A stretch of 34,005 bases of DNA from Bacteroidota bacterium. Lineage in GTDB: Bacteria; Bacteroidota; Bacteroidia; Bacteroidales; ML635J-15. The translations under genes and the position numbers were made by a program. Below the pieces are notes generated by a model, which did no database searches, had not been told where the DNA came from, and saw only the letters and a program-made list of their open reading frames with translations. This document shows positions 27,121 to 34,005 of this stretch, piece after piece (positions within the stretch are counted from its first letter, which is position 1; each line of letters starts with the position of its first letter). The stretch is taken from the NCBI GenBank assembly GCA_051748025.1, contig JBNJGX010000004.1:1-34005 (forward strand), in the 5' to 3' direction.

Positions 27121-27891
27121 CTAACCAATTATTTTTCTTCCCACAAAAATGGTTTCTTTTTCGGGAAGTCTGTAGCGCTCTTTCTCATCTTCAGTAAAAT
27201 CATCAACAAAATGGTTTTCCTCCACTACAAAACCAACGGATCGCAACCTGTCGGCATAATCCAGACCGTGCCAGCGCACATGGTCGTATTGGCCAAAAAC
27301 CTGCTCCCGTTTTTTGGGATCGGTGATGCTCAGGTCTTCAATGGTTTCTTTGTTATTGTAATTGATTGGCACCTGCATTATTGCCCATCCACCGGGTTTC
27401 AGCACACGTAAAATTTCTTTCATGGCTTTGATGTCACTTTCCACATGCTCCAGTACGTGGTTACATATGATGGCATCAAATTGGTCGCCTTCAAACGGCA
27501 TATCCATGATGTCCATTTTCACATCCGCAATGGGGCTGAATAGATCACCGGTAATGTAATCCAGGTTTTCAAGCTTCTTAAAACGTTTCAAAAAAGGCTG
27601 TTCTGGTGCAACATGCAACAATTTCAAATTTCCGGTAAACAAATCGGTTTCTGATTTAAAAAACAGCCACATCAGACGATGGCGTTCTAGCGACAAGCAT
27701 TTTGGGCACAAACGGTTATCATCTCCCTTATTCCCGTATGGCAGCATTTTGCGGAACTTCCCGCCACATACAGGGCATTCGTAATTATTGCCACGGTAAA
27801 AGGGAATTATCAAAAAACGAAATACATACGAAAACCTTATCAGCAAAGGCCGGGGGATTTTTCTTACCAAAAATCTCATAAATTTCCGCAT
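27121..27891 (-). CDS. class I SAM-dependent methyltransferase with an N-terminal Cys4 zinc-ribbon-like motif
   Basis: 256 aa. Contains CPVCGG...CPKC, then Methyltransf_11-like motifs (LLHVAPE, DAIICNHVLEHV, LKPGGWAIMQVP). Confidence 0.82.
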   Translation of the reverse strand: MRKFMRFLVRKIPRPLLIRFSYVFRFLIIPFYRGNNYECPVCGGKFRKMLPYGNKGDDNRLCPKCLSLERHRLMWLFFKSETDLFTGNLKLLHVAPEQPFLKRFKKLENLDYITGDLFSPIADVKMDIMDMPFEGDQFDAIICNHVLEHVESDIKAMKEILRVLKPGGWAIMQVPINYNNKETIEDLSITDPKKREQVFGQYDHVRWHGLDYADRLRSVGFVVEENHFVDDFTEDEKERYRLPEKETIFVGRKIIG

Positions 27892-27960
27892 AACATTATT
27901 TTTTGTAAAAATATGAAATTAAGTTGAGACGGAAAATTCCCCTATTTATTATGCCATATC

Positions 27961-28617
27961 TTACGCTTCAACTTCAGTTGGACCTGACCCTTGTTTTTGT
28001 AATTCTTTATCAGTTTTGAAGGTAAAATATGCAATAATGTGCAGAATCCAACCAATTAACATACATATCCCTCCTATAAGTGTGATGAATAATAAGAATG
28101 GGGATGCAGAGCTGGATGATAAAATCATCATAACAATACCCAAAATAATTAATGTTATAATTGGAGTTATAAAATACAGTAACCCGGCAGTTTTAAAAGT
28201 TTTTATGCCACTTTTTTCAGCAAGTAATTTCATTGCTTTAAATAGCAGATAAAACCCAATAATATAAGCGGCAAACATGATAATTTGAGCAATAATGAAA
28301 CCTGTACTTCCCTTTATGAACATATTGATAAAATCATCAATTTTTTGCAAATATGGCCGTGATAGTGCTGAACTTGCTATTGTAACAGCAAAGATTATTG
28401 TACTGATTATGCCTCCTGCAAGGGGGATAATAAAACCAACTAAGGCATTTTTAAAAATACCCGGGGTTTCATAATAACTGGAAAAATTGTGAAAAGAAAT
28501 CAATAAAAAGATCAATGTCCCTAATGCAGCAATCCCCATTAAATAAGGATAAGGAATAATAAAAGCTATTGGTAATAAAATTCCAATACGACCTAAATTT
28601 ATAGCTTGTTTCTTCAT
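27961..28617 (-). CDS. multi-pass membrane protein, unknown function
   Basis: 218 aa. About six hydrophobic helices and a short polar C-tail (TDKELQKQGSGPTEVEA). No family confidently recognised. Confidence 0.68.
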   Translation of the reverse strand: MKKQAINLGRIGILLPIAFIIPYPYLMGIAALGTLIFLLISFHNFSSYYETPGIFKNALVGFIIPLAGGIISTIIFAVTIASSALSRPYLQKIDDFINMFIKGSTGFIIAQIIMFAAYIIGFYLLFKAMKLLAEKSGIKTFKTAGLLYFITPIITLIILGIVMMILSSSSASPFLLFITLIGGICMLIGWILHIIAYFTFKTDKELQKQGSGPTEVEA

Positions 28618-28864
28618 AATTCAATAATTTTAATGATACCTACTCGTAAGGCTTTTCGGTTTTCTCCCCGTTATATTTAACGGTAAAACTTCTAAAATAG
28701 TAATTTTTTTATTTATTCAAATTTTGCAATTTATTATTACATAACCAAATAATACGTCAAAAATTCTGTATAAAAATAATCAAAAGTTTCAGGCTGTAGG
28801 CATAGACATTTGTTTTGCACTCAATTTTCCAATTCATCCGGTTTGCAAATTAGAACAATATGCC

Positions 28865-28872
28865 TACCTTTG
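28865..28872 (+). promoter_or_regulatory. -7 box TACCTTTG (TAnnTTTG) upstream of the KamA-like gene
   Basis: Exact motif. It would imply a 5' leader of about 160 nt before the ATG at 29037. Confidence 0.25.
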
Positions 28873-29036
28873 TGTTTATATTTCGGTTTGACACGAAATT
28901 TATTTAGGTTAGAAACAATGCATGTCGTGTTAACCAACCCTTGTAAATGAGCATTTTAACAAATGATGAATATACCCTGGATACGGGTTGAATTTTGATA
29001 AAATATAAAAACAGGAGGAAAAATACCGTTTGGATT

Positions 29037-31223
29037 ATGGAACAAATCAACAGATTAAACAAAATTGCGCTGAATATGCGGGCCCATAAGTTGTTGACCC
29101 GATTACTGGATGAAAATCCCCGGTTAACGGAAATATTACGTGAATCAAAAGATGTTGAAGAAGCTTCAAAACGCTTGCAGGACATGGCTTTATCTACTTT
29201 GGAGAAATCAGAAACAGCCATGGCTTATTATAAACATAAAATAAAAGGCCGTAAATATTTTAATCAGCTCAGATGGGATGATTATGCTGCTATCCGTTTA
29301 CTGGATTATATTGACAATGCCGGAAAAATATGTAAAGACGCTAACCTTCGCGGTGAAAACGTTTTAACAGACCCTGTACGTATGTTGTATCTGGCTTATC
29401 ACAAAGGCGTTGGTGGAGCCAAGCCTGATTTTTTTACAGATATGATATATTTATTCAGGCAATTGAGTGGCAAAACATCCCGGCTTGAGTATGCGGATGA
29501 AAAAATCAAAGAATGGATGAACCGTTGGCCTGACGGGCTTCAACAAGAAATCATTGAATTACGGAAAAAAAATAAAGACCGTATCATTAAAACCTTTATA
29601 AAACACATTGATGCCGGGGAAATCCAGGATAAAAAATACAAATTCGGGAAGGAAATGTCATTTGAGAAAAAATACAATAAAATGCTGGAATGGTGGGATG
29701 AATCAGTATTTCACCTGCGTTTTGCTGTACGCAGCCCTGAATTTTTAAATGAGATGCTTGACCATTCGCTCGATAGCGAAACCCTCGACTTACTCGAACG
29801 TGCCAAAAAATCCGGTATCCCATTTTTTGTTAACCCTTATTATTTATCACTTGTTAATGTCCATGCCCCTGAATTTGCCTTTGGTGCAGACCTTGCAATC
29901 AGGGAATATATTTTATATTCTGAAGAACTTGTAAGCGAATTTGGCCATATTGTAGCATGGGAGAAAGAAGACCTTGTAGAAGTTGGCAAGCCCAATGCAG
30001 CCGGATGGATTTTGCCTTCAAAATATTCTGTTCACCGCAGGTACCCTGAAGTAGCAATCCTTATTCCGGAAACCATTGGCAGGGCTTGTGGCGGTCTTTG
30101 TTCAAGCTGCCAGCGTATGTATGATTTCCAACGTGGTAACCTGAATTTTGACCTTGATAAACTGAGGCCCGATGAAACATGGCATGAGAGGCTTGAACGT
30201 TATATGGAATACTGGGAAAATGATACACAGCTCAGAGATATCCTGATCACAGGAGGTGATGCCCTGATGAGTACTGATAAATCCCTTGAACGAATTCTTG
30301 ATGCTGTGTATCAAATGGCTAAACGCAAACGTGAAGCCAATAAAAACAGAAAGCCCGGAGAAAAATATGCAGAATTGTTAAGGATCCGACTCGGTACTCG
30401 GCTTCCGATATATCTGCCACAACGGATCACTGATAATCTGGCAAAAATCCTTAAAGATTTTAAAGAAAAAGCTTCTGAAATCGGCATTAAGCAATTTGTC
30501 ATACAAACCCATGTGGAATCACCCATGGAAGTTACACCAGAATCCAAAGCTTGTTTTGAAAAACTTATTGGTGCCGGCTGGATAGTCACCAATCAACTGG
30601 TATTCACAAAATCAGCATCCAGGCGTGGGCATACAGCAAAACTAAGAAAAGTACTGAATGATGTCGGTGTGTTGCCGTATTATACCTTTACAGTAAAAGG
30701 TTATATGGAAAACGCTTCACAGTTTGCCACTAACGCCAGGGCTGTACAGGAACAAATTGAAGAGAAACGACTCGGTGCAATTCCGGAAAAATATGATAAC
30801 CTGATTAAAGAATTTCCACTCAATGCTGAAAATATGATCGAGCAAATTGAGGGTTTGAGAAAAAAAGAAAATATCCCGTTTCTCGCAACAGACAGAAATG
30901 TTCTCAATCTGCCGGGCGTGGGCAAAAGTTTGACCTACAGGACAATCGGAATTACACGGTATGGACGGCGTGTGCTCGAATTTGATCATGATGCCACGCG
31001 GAATCACAGCCCCATTATCAATAAAATGGGTAAAGTAACCATCATTGAATCAAAATCAATACAAAAATACCTGGAACAAATGGCAGATATGGGTGAAGAC
31101 ATTGAAGAATACAACAACATATTTGGTTATTCAATCGGTGAAACCGAACACCGTATTCCCATTTATGATTATCCGGAATATGATTTTGATATCACCAGCG
31201 AGATAAGTAACCTGGAAGCTTAG
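29037..31223 (+). CDS. KamA (lysine 2,3-aminomutase) family radical SAM protein with a long N-terminal extension
   Basis: CX3CX2C cluster (RACGGLCSSCQRMYDF) followed by ILITGGDALM, as in KamA-family enzymes. About 320 residues precede the cluster. I prefer the ATG at 29037 (MEQINRLNK) over the track's TTG at 28995. Confidence 0.82.
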   Translation: MEQINRLNKIALNMRAHKLLTRLLDENPRLTEILRESKDVEEASKRLQDMALSTLEKSETAMAYYKHKIKGRKYFNQLRWDDYAAIRLLDYIDNAGKICKDANLRGENVLTDPVRMLYLAYHKGVGGAKPDFFTDMIYLFRQLSGKTSRLEYADEKIKEWMNRWPDGLQQEIIELRKKNKDRIIKTFIKHIDAGEIQDKKYKFGKEMSFEKKYNKMLEWWDESVFHLRFAVRSPEFLNEMLDHSLDSETLDLLERAKKSGIPFFVNPYYLSLVNVHAPEFAFGADLAIREYILYSEELVSEFGHIVAWEKEDLVEVGKPNAAGWILPSKYSVHRRYPEVAILIPETIGRACGGLCSSCQRMYDFQRGNLNFDLDKLRPDETWHERLERYMEYWENDTQLRDILITGGDALMSTDKSLERILDAVYQMAKRKREANKNRKPGEKYAELLRIRLGTRLPIYLPQRITDNLAKILKDFKEKASEIGIKQFVIQTHVESPMEVTPESKACFEKLIGAGWIVTNQLVFTKSASRRGHTAKLRKVLNDVGVLPYYTFTVKGYMENASQFATNARAVQEQIEEKRLGAIPEKYDNLIKEFPLNAENMIEQIEGLRKKENIPFLATDRNVLNLPGVGKSLTYRTIGITRYGRRVLEFDHDATRNHSPIINKMGKVTIIESKSIQKYLEQMADMGEDIEEYNNIFGYSIGETEHRIPIYDYPEYDFDITSEISNLEA

Positions 31224-31305
31224 GGTTGCTTGATTAATAAAAATGATATTACCGGGTATAATAATAATGTAAAATTTTTGAGATAATTACTTGAAAACAA
31301 TGACA

Positions 31306-31333
31306 ATTACCGGAATTATATTTTTCCGGTAAT
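31306..31333. terminator. hairpin between convergent KamA-like and glycosyltransferase genes
   Basis: ATTACCGGAA (31306-31315) pairs perfectly with TTCCGGTAAT (31324-31333), a 10-bp stem with an 8-nt loop. No clean U-tract on either strand. Confidence 0.45.
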
Positions 31334-31351
31334 GTAGCATAAACATAATCA

Positions 31352-32533
31352 TTAACTTCTTTTCTGTACCAAATCTTTGATTAATTCACAAAAAGACTGA
31401 TGTTGAATGTCTTTGTTAAATTTTTTCATTGCCATTTTTTTGCCTTCTATCCCCATCTTTAACCGTTTCTCATCATTTTCCATGAGCAGCATTGCTTTTT
31501 CGGCTAAGGTATTCACATCAGCTAAAGGTACCAGGTATCCGTTTTTTTCATCCAATATAAGTTCAGGGTTGCTACTCACATCAAAACCGATAACAGCTTT
31601 CCCTGCATGCATGGCTTCAGCGATAGAAAATCCAAAGCCTTCATACAAAGATGTACATACATAAATATCTAGTTCGTGCATAAATGATCTAATGTCTTCC
31701 ACAAAACCAGAAAATTCCACATAATCATCCAGTTTTAGATCAGCAACTTTATGCTTTAATTCTGTTTCTAAAGGCCCTTTACCGGCTATACGTAAAATAA
31801 AATCTTCCCGGGATGCCTTTATGATGGCAGCCATTTCCAGCAGGAAATGCAGGCCTTTTTGTTCCACAAATCGTGAAGCATTACCAAAAACAACCTTTCC
31901 CGGATTTACATCCATTTTTTTCCGGTCATCATGTGGATGAAGACCATTATACAACAGATGCACACGGCTTTCTTTTTTTTTAAAAGAGATATTACTGAAT
32001 AATTGTTCTGCCGTGGCTTTTGAATTAACAATAAAATCCGTAACCACATGATTAAATAGAAAATGGTTCAAAAAACCGGGATGTGGAGCCTTTGCCAACC
32101 CCCGGCGATATATACGCAGCGGGACACCGGCACGCCTTGAAGCAATACCAGCCGTTTTTAAATCAGCAGAACCATTGAACACCACTGCATCAATTCCATT
32201 TATTTTAAAATACTGCCAGAGTTTCTGCAGTTTAAAAGGGTTAAGGAAACTCAATCCAGACAGATTAATATAATAACAATTTATCCCGGCTTTTGCAGCT
32301 TGTTTTGCCAAACTACTCTCTTTTGTACAAACAATGCCGACATTAAAACCATGATCCCGGGCAAAAATTGCATTTTCAAAGTGCCATCTTTCCCCACCAC
32401 CCCATGTTTTTGTGGTATTCACAAAACACAAATTTATTGTATCCTTTCTTTGTGCGTTTCCGGCATTTTTACGGGAAGCCATCAACGTATCAAGTGTTTT
32501 TTCCAATTCCTGATGTGTACTTTTCTTGTTCAC
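31352..32533 (-). CDS. GT4-family glycosyltransferase
   Basis: 393 aa. The C-terminal domain has RFVEQKGLHFLLE and EGFGFSIAEAMHAGKAVIGFDVSSNPELI (an EX7E-type motif). The start could be an internal Met. Confidence 0.87.
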   Translation of the reverse strand: MNKKSTHQELEKTLDTLMASRKNAGNAQRKDTINLCFVNTTKTWGGGERWHFENAIFARDHGFNVGIVCTKESSLAKQAAKAGINCYYINLSGLSFLNPFKLQKLWQYFKINGIDAVVFNGSADLKTAGIASRRAGVPLRIYRRGLAKAPHPGFLNHFLFNHVVTDFIVNSKATAEQLFSNISFKKKESRVHLLYNGLHPHDDRKKMDVNPGKVVFGNASRFVEQKGLHFLLEMAAIIKASREDFILRIAGKGPLETELKHKVADLKLDDYVEFSGFVEDIRSFMHELDIYVCTSLYEGFGFSIAEAMHAGKAVIGFDVSSNPELILDEKNGYLVPLADVNTLAEKAMLLMENDEKRLKMGIEGKKMAMKKFNKDIQHQSFCELIKDLVQKRS

Positions 32534-32675
32534 AAAAATATCGTATTTATATTAACAAATGTAACAAAAAATCGTAGTTTAATTTTTTATTTTTCTGTTT
32601 TCTTTCTTTGGGCAGCGGGGATAGTTGTTGCATCCAGGAAAATGGTCACCGCCTATGCCTCCTACCTCCCACCGT

Positions 32676-32766
32676 CTATGCCTGTTTTTGCTAAACTGCA
32701 GAACAGGAGTAGAGACGCGATTAATCGCGTCTCTACTCTGCCTGCAGTGCAAAAAACAACGCATAG
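32676..32766. repeat. GC-rich nested long hairpin with a perfect 32-bp palindromic core
   Basis: GAGTAGAGACGCGATTAATCGCGTCTCTACTC (32707-32738) is a perfect palindrome. It is flanked by the paired blocks CTGCAG/CTGCAG, TTTTTGC/GCAAAAA and CTATGC/GCATAG. Weaker pairing extends to about 32661-32779. Confidence 0.7.
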
Positions 32767-32897
32767 CCGGCGGCAGGGTATTCGGCGCCGGCGGGCTGCA
32801 GGGAATAATAATTTGTATATACCAGAAATAAATCTAAAAATATGCTTTCTATAATTATTCTATATTTTTAATTTAATTCATTATTCTAATAATTAGC

Positions 32898-32938
32898 CGT
32901 TGCTAACGGTTATTAACCGTTAATAACCGTTAGCAACG
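32898..32938. repeat. 41-nt perfect palindrome (20-bp arms, 1-nt centre), terminator-like on +
   Basis: CGTTGCTAACGGTTATTAAC-C-GTTAATAACCGTTAGCAACG, followed on + by ATTTTGTTTTTG. It is built from CCGTTA/TAACGG words. Confidence 0.75.
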
Positions 32939-33299
32939 ATTTTGTTTTTGATAATCAGAACTTACCAATTTAACATAAGATTCATTATTTTGAATGATTT
33001 TTATGATTTTGTGTATCTTATCCCATTACATATATTAATTTACTAATATATTTAAGCAGCAACAAAGGATATTAACATTAAACAGTGTATATACCATGTT
33101 TGATATAATAATTTAAAGCATGATTATCGTTCAAGCCAATCAGTTGTAATTTCAAAATCTAATCTGAGAAATTTTGTGCAAATGAGTGCAGCCAATATTA
33201 TGAAAAACTGTGGCATCCCCTTCTGGGGCTGTCAGGTGTGGCATTCACTAATCCATTAAATAAGGCGCTTTACCGGTAATAATAACATCAAAAACCGGT

Positions 33300-34005
33300 T
33301 TACCACTCATATTTCAATCCAATATTGCTGTGAACCACAGCGTAAGTGTAAGTGTCAAGTTCCGGGATCACAAAACCATTTATACCCGGCCGCATTTCAA
33401 AAAACAGGTGCATTTCTTTCCAAAAAGACTTCTCTTTTCCTAACCGGAAATCAATGCCCACAGGAATAAAAATTGAAAAACCATAATTAAGCTTATTCGT
33501 ATGAAACTCAATATCTGAATAGCTTTCTCTGAAATAATCATATGAATAACTGGAGCTGTTATCGAATCCTGCTTCAACAAATTCAGAATAATCATACCTG
33601 ATTTTTGTGGAAGTATTAACAGACATCCCGGCTGTTATACCGGCGCCGGCATAAAAGACACACCGCCTCTCAGGGGAGGTGCGGTAAACCAGTGAAGCAT
33701 CAAACCGAACTTGCTCAGACATGTATTCCATTGAATATCTGTGTGAATTCACTGAATCAAGGTACATTATTTGGTCTGTATTATTTGAGACCAGGGTATC
33801 ATACCGTGTTTTATCTTCATATAAAACATTTAATTCTTTATTGGTCCCGGCATGATAAGAAAAACCAAGCCGCAAGTGGGGATTGGCATATTCATCATTT
33901 GATGCGTCAAAAAAATCAATGCCGAGATTTACTGACATTGTGCTTGTTTTTTCTGATCCATAGGGAAAACCATAATATTCCAGTTCCGGCAGGGTTAATA
34001 TTTCT
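33300..34005 (-). CDS. hypothetical outer-membrane beta-barrel-like protein; the 5' end probably lies outside the window
   Basis: The track ORF starts at Met 33938, but the same frame stays open to the window edge (…EILTLPELEYYGFPYGSEKTSTMSVNLG…). Aromatic-rich alternating pattern, with C-terminal ...NIGLKYEW. Confidence 0.6.
   Translation of the reverse strand, partial: EILTLPELEYYGFPYGSEKTSTMSVNLGIDFFDASNDEYANPHLRLGFSYHAGTNKELNVLYEDKTRYDTLVSNNTDQIMYLDSVNSHRYSMEYMSEQVRFDASLVYRTSPERRCVFYAGAGITAGMSVNTSTKIRYDYSEFVEAGFDNSSSYSYDYFRESYSDIEFHTNKLNYGFSIFIPVGIDFRLGKEKSFWKEMHLFFEMRPGINGFVIPELDTYTYAVVHSNIGLKYEW

Noticed and set aside
28904-29221. 105-aa minus-strand ORF
   Set aside because: It overlaps the start of the KamA-like gene on the opposite strand and has no signal or motif. 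It also covers the probable promoter/leader of that gene.
32300-32854. 184-aa + ORF, plus 32579-32764 (-) and 32625-32831 (+)
   Set aside because: The first is antisense to the GT4 gene and then runs through the GC-rich palindrome. The other two are mirror translations of the palindromic hairpin (RDAINRVST / VETRLIASL). They are artefacts of the repeat rather than genes.
33270-33301. TTACCGGTAA and AAACCGGTTT 10-bp palindromes at the 3' end of the last gene
   Set aside because: They are short ACCGGT-centred palindromes that can pair for only 6 bp and have no U-tract. This is too weak to call a terminator or binding site.
1-34005. Mobile element, prophage or defence island spanning part of the window
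   Set aside because: No integrase, transposase, recombinase, phage structural, restriction-modification, Cas or other recognisable defence gene is present. There is no flanking tRNA and no long direct repeats. Only small palindromic elements and a 1-kb AT-rich islet hint at any insertion.

Overview
AT-rich segment (by eye about 35-40% GC) that looks like Bacteroidota chromosome. The signs are a GWxTD-domain protein, a DoxX/BT_3928-like membrane protein next to tpiA, BNR-repeat and lipoprotein-type secreted proteins, several exact TAnnTTTG -7 boxes, and almost no Shine-Dalgarno signal. Most genes are housekeeping: rlmD, an SDR, a folP-cdaA-epimerase operon, tmk, tpiA, rlmB, lgt, mqnB-mqnD, folE, fabD, cysteine synthase, a SAM methyltransferase, a long KamA-family radical SAM protein and a GT4 glycosyltransferase. 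There is also a 1505-aa orphan secreted protein coupled to the GWxTD protein. I recognised no tRNA, rRNA, CRISPR array, transposase or integrase. The unusual signal is intergenic. (1) A 38-aa ORF with two CCC triplets sits behind a -7 box and ahead of a strong intrinsic terminator just upstream of cysteine synthase. A 9-mer inside the ORF is identical to the terminator 3' arm, which suggests a Cys-sensing leader-peptide attenuator; the alternative is a RiPP-like precursor. (2) A segment of about 430 nt (25261-25690) is ORF-free, purine-rich and dense with hairpins, and ends in a terminator-like hairpin. It is a candidate structured RNA that I could not assign to a class. (3) Three GC-rich or perfect palindromic elements lie at 20049-20233, 32676-32766 and 32898-32938. 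Family assignments rest on motifs read by eye; no database search was possible.
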